Shown piece by piece: positions 49,291 to 62,176 of a DNA stretch of 64,000 nt (positions are counted from its first letter, which is position 1; every line of letters starts with the position of its first letter). Source of the stretch: Gekko japonicus. Its lineage: Eukaryota. The stretch spans positions 1,074,243-1,138,242 of the forward strand of contig NW_015173683.1 of the NCBI RefSeq assembly GCF_001447785.1. Direction: 5' to 3'. Made by a program: the position numbers and the translations under genes. The notes beneath the pieces were generated by a model. It was not told the DNA's origin. It searched no databases and was given only the letters and a program-made list of their open reading frames with translations.

Positions 49291-51421
49291 TGCATGCTGG
49301 ACCTGGTAGCTACAAAGTTTGTTAACCTCAGTAATAGTAATAAGATTAGGGCAATACAAAACATTCGAGAGTAGACTAGCAAAGTACCCTGCTGAAAGGA
49401 GACAAGATTAGGAAAGAAGCCGTCAGAGAAATTTCATTTTAAAAGGAGAAGCATTGAGGCAAGTCAAAAGACTAGAGTAACGCAGAGACCAAGGATGGGC
49501 AGAAAGTACCTAGATCCAAAGGGAGTTTTGAAGTTTCACAGTGGGACGAACCCAGGCAAACAGAGAAGCCATTTGAAGACTTAACAAGTCAACTAAACAT
49601 GTTTCCCACATGCTTTCAGATATAGACATGCCCCTTATTTATTGAAAATATGTGATGCTTAGACACAGCAGCTTTTTGAAGAAGAAAAGCGGAACTACCA
49701 TATTTCATGCACAGCTGGCTCAGTTTCATTATGTCTCCATAATCCTACTACTGTTACTCTGTTTTTCTCTCTCATTCTTGAAGTAGCAAGGCTATAGGTA
49801 ATGGAAATATCCGGGGGAAGACAACACAAAGGTAATGGGGGGTGGGATTGCAATGGAGGTTGCAATGCCTGTTGTTCTTTGTCTGAGAAAAATATCATGG
49901 AAGGACCGCAAAGGGAGAATCTTGGGGAAAGGGCTCAGGAACTGCATGGAATAGACTAGGTTCATTGGTTAACAAACAGAGAAAAACAAACTGACAAAGA
50001 TTTCTGAAAGATCCACACCTCTGCTGTTGTGGTGAGAACTCTCTCTTGTCTAAGCTAGGCTGACACCCCCCCCCCCAAATCTGGGATTAAAACCATTTTT
50101 AATGGGTGACATGAAGTCATAATGGACTGTGGAATGTAGATGGGCTTACTGAGACAGGATAGAAAGGGCACCTCTGTTCCTGTCTCCTCTGTCCTCTTCT
50201 TTTGTTACAGCATTGCTTCATGGAATACCATTATCCAAAAACTGGTTATCTATCCTTCGTTGTTCTGCTTTTCGTTATTCTGGCACCACACCAAAGATAT
50301 ATGTTTTCTGGAAAGCCCTTTACGGCATTAGAATATGTGGACCCTATGGAATGGAGAAGCATAACTCATGCTTAATTTTTTTAAAAAAATAAACAACCTT
50401 CTCTGCCCAGTCTTTGCTTTGTGTTAGTTTGCTTATGAAAACAGTGATTACAAATATGAATTGCAAATACCATAGTTAGGCATGTAAATGAATTTTCACT
50501 GTGAGAGCAGCTGTGACTAAGACCCAGATGACTTGTCTGCCGAGGCTGTGGGAGTTAGTGGTAAATATGCACACAGCATGTTAGAATAGCTCTGCCTGAG
50601 GGAGCTGGTCTTATCGTCTCTGCTCTCTCTTGAGATTTGGCAGCTTGTTCATTTTTGTTCAAGCAGCCTTTTCTGTATTATTGTGTTTGGGAGTGTTCTG
50701 CAGCACAGCTGTCAAGAAGGACTGGTGACCGTGCTGCTAGGAATATCGCTGCTCTTGTTTTAGTCTGAGTTACAGCGATGCCTTCAGTTTCAGACACACA
50801 CCCCTGAAGTCCTAAAGGAGAGTATGGGATCCACTAAACTGCAAGTATGTGAATTCATAGTCCTATGACAGGAAGAGGGGGGAACCAGAGTTAGGATCCC
50901 TTGGACATTCTGGCCAGGACAGTGGACAGCTGGCCAAGAAAGCTGGGGACAGGAACCAGAAGCTGAACATCAGGAGGTATGCAGTGGCGATGGACAAGCT
51001 GAAGGGCTAGAGCTATCTTTTGCCTTTCCCTCTTCTTGCTCCTCTCAGCTTTGCATGCAAAGATAGGTGGGAGGTATGGCATCCTTGCGCTCTGTCCATG
51101 CATGCTCTAGCAGCTGCTCTGTCCAAAGGAAGCAGCAGAAAAAAATTGCTGGCTCAAGAGGGGCTTTGCAACTCATGAACTACTTGGGCGTGCCAGCTCA
51201 CGGGTTGAAGACTGCTGGGTTAGAAGAACTGTTGCCATCCCCCGCCCCAGATAAAGGCCTGAATAGGCATTCAGTAGCTTGAGCTACAATCCTTTATAAC
51301 CTGGAATAATGCCATTAGAACTTTTGCAGTGACTTCCATAGTAGCTCTTGTTCTTCTCATCTGCTTGCTGAAATGGCTTGATGTTTCTCTCGGTGTGCAT
51401 CAGTTTCTCTTCCTGTAAAGA

Positions 51422-51635
51422 ATTTATTTATTATTCATTTCATTGATACCCTGCCTGTCACCCCAAGGGGGACCACCAAACAGTTTACATCATTCTCCTC
51501 AACTCCGTTTTAGCCTCACAAGAAAGAGTAGGCTGAGAGTGTGTGACCAGCCTGAGGATCACCCAGCAAGCTTCCATGGCAGAGAGAGGACTCAAACTGG
51601 GGTCTCCCAGCTCGTAGTCTGGCACTATAACCACA
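51422..51635 (-). mobile_element. Old tRNA/CORE (MIR-like) SINE
   Basis: aggctgagagtgtgtgaccagcc..gcttccatggcagag..ggtctcccag. Confidence 0.7.
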
Positions 51636-52309
51636 ACAACGTGCCCACTCTCTGTTCTCTGTCTGTTTCATTTTGGATAGCGAACTACTAGCCCGGAACA
51701 ATTGATGTTGTTTCTTTTTAATACTGTGTCCCTGAAGCGACTACGACATCTAATTAAGGCTGCTTAAAACAAGAATTTCACTGGTACTCATTTTGGAAAG
51801 GACAGACTATCAAGAATCACTTGTAGAGATCAGACAAAAGCGTAATTTTCTGGTGCTAACCACTCCTGTATTCTGTAGTGTGGTTCCATCAAACAAGACA
51901 AATCCAGTGTTAAGTTGCCTTCTAGCTGTGATGCTAATCAGTGCCTAAATACTGCGGCATGGGTGGTTTGTCTTGAACACCGAGGGCTTCACATTTTAGC
52001 CTGCGCCACTGAAACGGATTGTATGCATACTATGGACTGGAAGAGAACGTTCTTAACAATCATTATTCTTTCTCTGATTATCATAAACCTATCCCCACCT
52101 AATTATACATCACTCTAAATATACTGCTTTGAACTGAGAGTTTGCATTTTCTGTAATCAAAAGCTTAGGCTTGATGCTGCATGAACAGCTCTCGAATGGC
52201 TCAGGAAGCCATGCCCCATGGGTAACCTGCAGCAGTAGTCTAGGTTTTTAATAGTGTTTAGTCAAACACTAATCTTAAGCCTGATTCTTAATGTTGGGAA
52301 AACAGCAGC

Positions 52310-52702
52310 ATGCATCCGGGGAGCTAGCATTTTTGTGGTTCCCCTACAGTGCACAGGTAACCTCCTTTCCTGTAAAACGGAGCTGTTCTGCCACACCTTT
52401 GGCTGAGGCGGCGGGCGTCCAGTGAAAAGTTGACCTCCCCTGCTGAAGTTCACCAGCTCAATGTGGCCCAGAGCAGTAGATCTTAGAGACCTAGTGGTAC
52501 AAGCTCTGGAAATTGTGTGTATAAACAAATAGTGCAATCTGTTTTTAAATTGCTGTTCATAAATTGTTGTTCTTAACGGTTTTCAAACTGCCTATTAAAG
52601 TATTTTTATTATGATGTCAAATGCCTTTGTGATCCACCTTGAGCCCACTCGTGGGAAAGCGGAATGTATGTTAAAAAAATAAAATAATAAATAAAATAAA
52701 TA
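52310..52702 (+). mobile_element. L2-like 3' end
   Basis: aaaacggagctgttctgccacacctttggctgag..ccaccttgagcccactcgtgggaaagcgg + (AAAT)n; similar copy at 63595-63930. Confidence 0.65.
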
Positions 52703-53861
52703 TCTAAATTTGACACTACTGCCTCCTCAGGATTTCAGTACTAAACTCATTAATGTGGCAGTTGTATAAATCACACTACCATTACAACTCCTTCTGGTAC
52801 CTCTGCCCCATTCCCCCATCCCCAACTTGCCTGAGGAGAGAAACAAGCAATATTGGCTGTCCCATCCCAAATACTGAGAAATATTGCCTTAGCATCTCTT
52901 TTAACCTAACGTCTGTGCTACTGCTTACCGGTATTACTATATGAGGATGTGGCCAACAGAGAGGGGCTAGGAGGCACCATGGATAGGATTACCAACCTCC
53001 AGGTGGTATCTGGAAATCTGGGATTATAACCGATCTCCAGGTGACAGAGATCAGGTCATCTAGATAAAATGTCTGCTTTGGAAGGTGTACTCTATGGCAT
53101 TATACTCCATTGAAGTCTGTCCCCTACCCAAACCCTGCTATCCTCAGACTCTTTTTAGTGATTGTTTACTTTGCCAGTGCGTGCCTGGGTACAGGTTTTA
53201 CCTACTCACTTGTACTAATTTGCAATAGTTAATACTGCTGATGAAGCAGCTAATACAATAATACTTACTGTCAACACAGGGTGGGTTGAAGAACAGAAAT
53301 GTAAGCCATTTGGCATACTGCCTGTGCACTTTGTGCCAATTATGATGTGTTTTTGTAACCATTTCTAAATTCCCTAATAGAGGGCAAAGCATTTTATTAC
53401 GCCCTTTTTGAGGTACTTCTCCCTGTTTTATGGGAGGGCCATCTACTGGCTTATAGTTGAGAAGGAGTTTGAACCTGGGCATCCCAGAGCCGAGGGCAAA
53501 GTACACATAATGCACTTCTCCAAGTGTTTCTGTGTCTTTGGTTAATATTTCTTGCCCGTGCAACATTTGATTTAACAGGAATATATTTGAAATCATTTCC
53601 ATATGCTTTTCAAATTTCAGGCACATGCAGTAAGCTATATATTTTTTATTCATCTGTGCTTGTTTTTGTAATAATATTCTCTTAATTAAAATAGTTAGGA
53701 ATTTCTATTGAGAAACTTAGAGTCCTACCTTTTTTTTACGATTTGTTTTGGTTGATTTTATGTACGTAGCTTGGATTGGTGTTCTGTATTCTTGTATACC
53801 ACCTTCAACATTTTTCAAAGGTGAATTTGATTTATAAATAACTTTAAAATAGACGGGTGGG

Positions 53862-54173
53862 CTGCAGGCTGTGGAAGGTCAGTAGTTCAGCGGTTCAAGA
53901 CCCGGGTGCCGCAAGACAGGGTGAGCTCCTGTCTCTAGTTCCAGCTCCTGCCAACCTAGCAGTTCGAAAGCAAGAAATTGCAAGTAGATAAATAGGTACC
54001 ACTTCGGTGGGAAGGTAACAGCGTTCCGTGCGCCTTGGTGTTTAGTCATGCCGGCCACATGACCACGGAAACGTCTTCGGACAGCGCTGGCTCTTCGGCT
54101 TTGAAACGGAGATGAGCACCGCAACCCTAGAGTCGGATTCGACTGGCTTTCGAGCAAGGGAACCTTTACCTTT
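53862..54173 (+). mobile_element. Sauria-type SINE, 5'-truncated
   Basis: Reverse complement of 1407-1720; ends aacctttaccttt. Confidence 0.9.
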
Positions 54174-54269
54174 ACTAGTCATGTAGCCTTTTCCCTGGAA
54201 AGTGTCTGTGCTGTTCTGGCCACCAGGTTAGGCTGGGTCCAGTTATGAGGAACATTTAAAGGCTTGAGA

Positions 54270-54563
54270 TAGGGTTGCCAGGTCTACTTACATGGCCAGT
54301 GGGAAGTGGAAGGGAGCCTTCTGGGAGTGAGGAGGGTGGGGTGATGTTGCTGGATGTGACGTTGTCAGTGTGATGACATCACGCAGAAATGATGTCATTA
54401 TACCGGGCATGTCATGTATTGACACTCTAGTATTTTGGTCAAAACTCTGTGGTTCCACGTGATGTCATCATGTCAATGCAAGAGGGCTGTTCGGGGGTGG
54501 GGCTTCCCCCAGCTGACCAAAGTTGGGGAAACCACTGCCCCGATTAGGGGTCTGGCAACCTTG
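54270..54563. mobile_element. hAT-type MITE (TAGGGTTGCCA family)
   Basis: tagggttgccaggtc ... tctggcaacctt; repeated tgatgtca motifs. Confidence 0.7.
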
Positions 54564-54569
54564 ACATGA

Positions 54570-55198
54570 GGGCAGCACTCACTTTCCCTTGTATTCCCTC
54601 CCCCACGCTATTTTCTCTCTTCCTCCTCTCAACAGCCCTGTATCCTTGCCTTTTCCTTACTTTTCTCCTACCCACCCATCCACCTACTAAATATTTGTCT
54701 GCATCTTCAGCTATATTTATTATTTATTTACTTCATTTATATCCCACCTTTCTCCACAACAGGGACTAAAAGTACCTTACATCATTCCCCCCTCCTCCAT
54801 TTTATCCTTACAACAACCCTGTGAGGTAGGTTAGGCTATGAATGTGTGACCAGCCCAAGGTTACCCAGTGAACTTCCGTGGCAGAGTGGGGATTTAAAAC
54901 TGGGTCTCCCAGATCCTAGTTTGAAATTCTAACCACTACACCACACTGACTGTCATGAGGTGGCTGCTGTTGAATGGTAGCAAACACCCAGGCCTGAGAA
55001 AGTCATGCAAGATGCATGGTTGCCCAGTGGTTGCAGTTGGGCCTGACCCCAGTGAGTCCTCCCTTGAAGGCCAAAACATCCTTGGAAGGAGCCCTGCCTT
55101 TTACTGACAGAAACCAAGACATGAAGGCTGGCAGTACTGTTGCAGTTGCCTAGCAGTGGTCACTGAGGGCATTTCTTTCTTAAAGCTATTGTTAAAAC

Positions 55199-55229
<31 letters not shown>

Positions 55230-55345
55230 AAAGCTATTATTAAAACTATTGTTTTGGTGGTTTTAAACCCCCACTGTATTTTTTTTTTAAGATTTCAGAT
55301 TTTTCTGCAAAACGTGGACTTTTTCCAGGTTTGTGGGTTTGTTTC
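54570..55345. mobile_element. Composite repeat carrying a nested MIR-like SINE (54715-54950), copy 1
   Basis: Colinear with 58985-59600 on both sides of the SINE. Confidence 0.65.
55199..55229. repeat. (GTT)n microsatellite
   Basis: About 10 units. Confidence 0.95.
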
Positions 55346-55890
55346 TGGGTTTACAATATTCTATGTTCCCCAAAACGCACCTGAAGCTTCCTTTTGTTTT
55401 GCCCACATGTAATTTGTCGCACAGACATCTGATCACATAAAGCCATCCAATCAGAGTTGCAGGTTGTAAAATGCTTTAGGATGTACTTTTTTTGTCATGT
55501 GGGTTGATAAAAATCCTTCATGGAGCTTGTGAATCTACAAAAGGTACAGTTTTTACAGGGGAAATGAACACTTGATAAACTAGACCCTGGTAAGGTTTTC
55601 TGTGGGTTTAACAGGTTGAAATGTATTGGTATGAACTAATTTATCCTTCAGATTAGAAGTTCTCATAAAAGCAATGATTTTTTTGTCACACAGGTTGTCA
55701 TATAACACATTCCAGTTCTTATAAATGCTTCCCCCCCCAATTCAACATTGATGTGATTATGTGAGGCAGCATATAACCCTCGCTGCATCAGTTCTTTCTT
55801 ATTTCCCCCTCTAAGCAATTCCTCCCAGTTCCATGATTTGGTCTTGAGATATGCAGATTGCATCACCAGAGTGCCTCAAAGTGAGACCTT

Positions 55891-56497
55891 GAGGAATTTC
55901 AAATTACCCTTTTTTACCCGTTTTGAAGCTGTTTTTGATCTGTCATGGAGTAAACCAGTATAGGGCTGCCATTTCACACATGGCTTTCCCTTTCTGGTAA
56001 AGAGCTGGATGTGAAGTGGTTTGCCATTTCATACTGCACCGCTTTTTCCCCACTGTTTTTTGCTCGTGTGGGCGATCTCCGGCTTTTTTAAACGTTCGCT
56101 TTAGAGTGCTATGGGGCTATGGGGCTATAACACAACACTCCAGGCATTCCAATGGGATTGATATAATGCTGTTGCGTTATAGTGTTATACCGTTATAGCG
56201 CTATAGCGCTCTAAAGTGAACGTTTTTTTAAAAAGCCGGAGATCACCCATGCGGGTGAAAAACGGCGGGAAAAATTGCATCGGAACTGGGAGAGGAAACT
56301 GAAGACTACTTGGAAGCGGTTGACAGGTAAAACGCTTCAGCCCCGTTTCCTAAACGGGACAGAAGTGTTTGTGTCTGAAATTACAAATATATTCCGGTAG
56401 GGAACCGGTTCTAAAACGGTTCTGTCTGAAATGACAGACCAGAAACCGTTTGGGAACCATTCCTCTTCCGGATTATATCGTCCGTCTGAAATTCCTC
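55891..56497 (-). mobile_element. Palindromic MITE, PIF/Harbinger-like (family of 36696-37239)
   Basis: TIR gaggaatttca / tgaaattcctc; 3-bp TSD ctt/ctt; shares ggaagcggttgacaggtaaaacgctt and cattccaatgggat with the other copy. Confidence 0.8.
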
Positions 56498-57569
56498 CTT
56501 CTCTCTGGAAATCCTGAATGTTAGAGCAGTTCCTCCTAATTCTCAGGAACTGACTGAATGGCAAATTGTGAGGTCAAGACGATGACTTTTAAAACGTAGG
56601 AAAGAGTTCTTATCAGTTGGTTCTTGTAAAGTACAGTTGACAGTGTGCTGTCTTCCTTAACAACCATGATATCCATGATACTTCTTTTTTGTTTGTGTGC
56701 AATTCAAACTGTAAATTTTTATCTCGTACATTAAGCCATTCACAGAGTGCCTGCAGTTGAAAGATGTCATCTATATAATGCTACCACATTTTGATGTAAT
56801 TATGAGGGTTATTTGATGTGTGTATAAATTGTTCTTCAAACTAACCCATATATAAATTTGATGTCCCAGGAGCCGTGAAAGATCCCATGGCTATCCCTTT
56901 TATTTGCCAATAGCAATGGCAAAGAGTGCTACCAAAAAAGAGGTGGTGGGACACTCATCATGTCTCTTGTAAAGTGTATTTTCTATTATATATACCTCCT
57001 CCTCTTGTGGAATATTCGTTCATTGGGAGACAAAGCCTAATGTAGCTAGCAGAGTCACTTCATCAACCTGAGACAGGGGAGACGGCCAATGTAAAATTTA
57101 TCCAGGGCTGTGGCATATGAAGGGCTCTTCTGCTGTTCTGTTTCTTTTGAAGAGTATGTGGTAGATTAATGCATTTCTTATTGACGAGAAAGAACTCTTG
57201 CAATGTACTGTGTAACAGTCTAGATGTGTTGCCTATTTGTGTTCGTACATTTTGACCACATTTTCTGTTAAAATTCTACTATGTGGTACTGAATAATGCC
57301 TGCACCAGTATTTGATGGGGCTTAGGGTTTTAAATGCAACTCTAGATTACTTCTGAATGTTCCTTCTTCTTTGTGTCCTCTTGCTTTCAATGTGCCACTT
57401 GCTAAGGGTGCTGGAGGGTCACCTTTGCATCCTTTCAGGAGAATGAATGACGATAGCAAGTCACTGCAGAGTCCGTTAGACACTTGGGAGCAGGCGGTTT
57501 TAAATGCTGATAACTTCACAGCACAATATCTGTCCCATTATGTCTGCAGACCATCCTTGTTGGACACGT

Positions 57570-58198
57570 TGTTGTTGTTTTAATCTAGCTTTTTCAACCA
57601 GTGGACCAGGCATTGGTTATTGCTTGTCATTCACTTTCAAGCAGTGGGTCCCTCTCGATTAAGTACTGCTAATTGTTCATGGGAAGAAAGGAGCACGTTA
57701 TAGTCTGAATTTGAAGGGCTTCTTTGTCCTGCTAAATTCCTCATGTGATCATGAGTGTGTAAATACATGATTGCAAGAGAAAGTTTAGTATGGACAGGAC
57801 TGTACATGTGATGAGTCAGCAGCTAAATACATAGGTAAAGGTTCCCTTGCTTGAAAGCCAGTCAAGTCCGACTCTAGGGTTGCATGTTGTTTTTTTAATC
57901 TAGCTTTTTCAGCAAGTGGACCAGGCATTGGTTATTGCTTGTCATTCACCTTCAAGCAGTGGGTCCCTCTCGATCAAGTACTGCTAATTGTTCCTGGGAA
58001 GAGAGGAGCACTTTATTGTCTGAATTTGAAGGGCTTCTTTGTCCTGCTAAATTCCTCATGTGATCATGAGTGTGTAAATACATGATTGCAAGAGAAACTT
58101 TAGTACGGACAGGACTGTACATGTGATGCGTCAGCAGCTAAATACATAGGTAAAGGTTCCCTTGCTTGAAAGCCAGTCAAGTCCGACTCTAGGGTTGC
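57570..58198. repeat. 315-bp tandem duplication including the 3' tail of a Sauria SINE
   Basis: 57570-57883 versus 57885-58198; roughly a dozen substitutions in the flank, SINE part identical. Confidence 0.95.
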
Positions 58199-58493
58199 GG
58201 TGCTCATCTCCTTTTCCAAGCCGAAGAGCCAGCGCTGTCCGAAGACATTTCCGTGGTCATGTGGTCGGCATGACTAAACACCAAAGTGCACGGAACGCTG
58301 TTACCTTCCCACCGAAGTGGTACCTATTTATCTACTTGCAATTTCTTGCTTTCGAACTGCTAGGTTGGCAGGAGCTGGAACTAGAGACGGGAGCTCACTC
58401 TGTCATGCGGCACACTCGGGTCTCAAACTGCTGAACTATTGACCTTCCACAGCCTGCAGTTCAGCGTCTTAACCACTCGAGCCACCGCAGCTC
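58148..58493 (-). mobile_element. Sauria-type SINE
   Basis: Near-identical to 1407-1756; no TSD found; short inverted copy of its 5' end follows. Confidence 0.9.
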
Positions 58494-58904
58494 AAGTGGT
58501 TAAGTGTAGAATTGTGTGCAAGAAACTGCATGAATTGAGACCCCGTATGGACACATGGAAAGATCCACCAATCCAATTATTTCTATCATTTTCAACAGGC
58601 TAGGCTTTTTCAACTCTCCCCCTCTAGGGTTGAGCCAAATGAGGATGTGCCCCTTTTGCGAATGGTTTTAGTAGCTTTAGAAGAAGCTGTTCTGCCGCTG
58701 ATTTCATTTTCCCTGACCATTGAACAAAATAAGGCAAAAATGTGCACCAGTGCAGAGCAACAAGTTGGTGATCAATCTGGATCACCTGTGTGACTGACAG
58801 AAGGTATTGCCTGTAAATCCAGTTGGCTTCCTCATGGCACTATATAAGCAAACCTATTATCTGTGTGACAGCCACCCTTCATCTTATTATCCTTAACTGG
58901 CTGT

Positions 58905-59616
58905 GGTCACCCAAGTGGATAAACAAGAAAAGTGAGCAGTCATTTCATTGGGGGGGAGGTTTGGAAATCAGAGCAAAACTGGCTGGGGGGGCACCTTATT
59001 TCCCCTTGTATCTCTTATTTTATTTTCCTCTTCCTGGCAACACCCATCTCCTCACTTTTATTCCTTCCTTCAGTGCTTCCCACCCATTCACCAGCATTTT
59101 ATCTGCTACCCATCTTCAGCTATATTATATTACTTATTTATTTCATTTATACCCTGCCTTTCTTCACAACAGGGCTCCAAAGCAGTTTGAATCATTCTCT
59201 TTCCTTTATTATATCCTCACAACAATCCTTTGAGGTAACCCTGTGTCAGCAGCCCACAGTTACCCAGTGAGTTTCCACAACAAAGTGGTGATTTGGGTCT
59301 GCATCTCCTATATCTGACTCTCTTAAACCCCTGTACCACACTGGCTTTTGTGAGGTGGTTGCTGTTGCTTCTGAGTGACCATGCAAGTCTTATGGTATCA
59401 AGTTGCTTGGTGGTTGCTGCCAAGCCTGACCAACACAGCCTTGGAAAGCCCTTGCCTTTGACTGACAGAAATTCTGCAATGTCCACTGAGGGCATTCATT
59501 ATTTAAACTATAGGCATTGCTTCTGTCATTTTGCCATATTTTTTTCCTGTTTTCAGATTTTTCTGCAAACCTGGAGGGTTCCCCCCCAGGTTTGTAGAAA
59601 GATCTTGCCCTGGCCT
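58905..59616. mobile_element. Composite repeat carrying a nested MIR-like SINE (59135-59345), copy 2
   Basis: Homologous to 54570-55345; right end ttctgcaaacctg..caggtttgtagaaaga also seen inverted at 63497-63560. Confidence 0.65.
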
Positions 59617-59626
59617 GGATGGTTCA

Positions 59627-59676
59627 GGATAGTCCAATCTTGTCATATTTTGGAAGCTAAGCAGGGTCGGCCCTGG
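59627..59676 (+). mobile_element. 5S-derived SINE head fragment
   Basis: ccaatcttgtc..ttggaagctaagcagggtcggccctgg, truncated. Confidence 0.65.
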
Positions 59677-60432
59677 TGTTGCCAGAGGCACTGCCTTTTA
59701 CTCTTGGGTAGCTCCAAAGCAAGGGCACCCCACTTTCTAACCTGACCCAGAGACCCACAAAACGCAGGCCAAGGAAGGCACTCCTGGTTTGGAAGCCCGG
59801 AGCTAGCCACAACTCTGAAAAAGGGGTCTCCATTTTCAGGTGACAGGCAACCTCAAAGCAAGTCTCCAGTCTTCCACCTCCACCCAGCAGAGATAATGCT
59901 TATGGAATGACAATGAGTTCTACCAGGTGAAGTTATCTACATTTCTAACGTCTATTCAGAGTCCACCTGGCAAATAGTCCTCTTCTCTCCAGTACCTCAC
60001 CCAGCCCTTTTGTGTCATCTCCTGTCTATGTGTGAAGTCTTTGTCCTTCCTTGCTCCATCCCTCAGAATACCAAGATAAACCAATCAAGCATTCAAATTA
60101 TTAACGATCCTTCCTGATGCTAATCAGGGACCCATCTCCCATCTTTTGTTTGTCTCTGGGAACCTTTTCAACTGCCTTGGCCAAAGCCACCCAGCACCTG
60201 GCTTCTACTATTAAATCCAGACCCTGCCTCTCTAGAAGCTCATTGGTCACATCTAGGCCTTGCCCATCCTGATGCCACACATTCCTGGGACTCATCATTG
60301 GCCCAGGTAATCTATTGTTCTCACCTGAGACCAGCCCCCAGGGCCGCCCATTGGTCTGCATTGTCTTCCAGTGGGTATATCCCAGTGAACACATGGCCTC
60401 AGACCGTGTGTTTTCTGCCATGATGCCAACTG

Positions 60433-61396
60433 NNNNNNNNNNNNNNNNNNNNNNNNNNNNNNNNNNNNNNNNNNNNNNNNNNNNNNNNNNNNNNNNNNNN
60501 NNNNNNNNNNNNNNNNNNNNNNNNNNNNNNNNNNNNNNNNNNNNNNNNNNNNNNNNNNNNNNNNNNNNNNNNNNNNNNNNNNNNNNNNNNNNNNNNNNNN
60601 NNNNNNNNNNNNNNNNNNNNNNNNNNNNNNNNNNNNNNNNNNNNNNNNNNNNNNNNNNNNNNNNNNNNNNNNNNNNNNNNNNNNNNNNNNNNNNNNNNNN
60701 NNNNNNNNNNNNNNNNNNNNNNNNNNNNNNNNNNNNNNNNNNNNNNNNNNNNNNNNNNNNNNNNNNNNNNNNNNNNNNNNNNNNNNNNNNNNNNNNNNNN
60801 NNNNNNNNNNNNNNNNNNNNNNNNNNNNNNNNNNNNNNNNNNNNNNNNNNNNNNNNNNNNNNNNNNNNNNNNNNNNNNNNNNNNNNNNNNNNNNNNNNNN
60901 NNNNNNNNNNNNNNNNNNNNNNNNNNNNNNNNNNNNNNNNNNNNNNNNNNNNNNNNNNNNNNNNNNNNNNNNNNNNNNNNNNNNNNNNNNNNNNNNNNNN
61001 NNNNNNNNNNNNNNNNNNNNNNNNNNNNNNNNNNNNNNNNNNNNNNNNNNNNNNNNNNNNNNNNNNNNNNNNNNNNNNNNNNNNNNNNNNNNNNNNNNNN
61101 NNNNNNNNNNNNNNNNNNNNNNNNNNNNNNNNNNNNNNNNNNNNNNNNNNNNNNNNNNNNNNNNNNNNNNNNNNNNNNNNNNNNNNNNNNNNNNNNNNNN
61201 NNNNNNNNNNNNNNNNNNNNNNNNNNNNNNNNNNNNNNNNNNNNNNNNNNNNNNNNNNNNNNNNNNNNNNNNNNNNNNNNNNNNNNNNNNNNNNNNNNNN
61301 NNNNNNNNNNNNNNNNNNNNNNNNNNNNNNNNNNNNNNNNNNNNNNNNNNNNNNNNNNNNNNNNNNNNNNNNNNNNNNNNNNNNNNNNNNNNNNNN
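60433..61396. other. Assembly gap (further gaps at 61561-61730 and 61842-62021)
   Basis: Runs of N. Confidence 1.
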
Positions 61397-62021
61397 TACA
61401 TGCTGTGCTCATGTTCTGGCAGTTGCATATAGCTGATGGCAGGGCCAATATGCTTGTTCCTCCTCCCCTTTCAGTTTGTATCATCACCCAGGATAGGTCA
61501 TACACAAATTGGAAACCTGTTAATGTTGGCCTCTCAGTGCAGGCACATGTGTAAAATGCANNNNNNNNNNNNNNNNNNNNNNNNNNNNNNNNNNNNNNNN
61601 NNNNNNNNNNNNNNNNNNNNNNNNNNNNNNNNNNNNNNNNNNNNNNNNNNNNNNNNNNNNNNNNNNNNNNNNNNNNNNNNNNNNNNNNNNNNNNNNNNNN
61701 NNNNNNNNNNNNNNNNNNNNNNNNNNNNNNTCTTTAACTTGAGAGAAGCTAGGGATTGAATTTTGGGATGTAACTAAACTTTTGGCTATGCTACTCTATG
61801 CCAGAATGCTCCTTCTCTGCCTTGAAGACATTTGTGTATTTNNNNNNNNNNNNNNNNNNNNNNNNNNNNNNNNNNNNNNNNNNNNNNNNNNNNNNNNNNN
61901 NNNNNNNNNNNNNNNNNNNNNNNNNNNNNNNNNNNNNNNNNNNNNNNNNNNNNNNNNNNNNNNNNNNNNNNNNNNNNNNNNNNNNNNNNNNNNNNNNNNN
62001 NNNNNNNNNNNNNNNNNNNNN

Positions 62022-62176
62022 CAGACCTGTGATCCATCAAAGTCAGTATTGTCTACTCAGACTGGCAGTGGCTGTCCAAGGTCTCAAGCAGTCTTTCAAA
62101 TCACCTACTGCCAGATCTTTTTAACTGGGGATTGAACCTGGGACCTTCTGCATGCCAAGCAGATGCTCTGCCGCTC
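62022..62176 (-). mobile_element. tRNA-derived SINE (6165 family)
   Basis: gggattgaacctgggaccttctgcatgccaagcagatgctctgcc is the reverse complement of the tRNA head. Confidence 0.75.

Noticed and set aside
57440-57583. Strong acceptor cctttgcatcctttcag|G followed by an open frame
   Set aside because: No donor found and the frame runs into a duplicated/SINE region
60295-62135. ORFs of up to 377 aa
   Set aside because: Almost entirely X from assembly gaps
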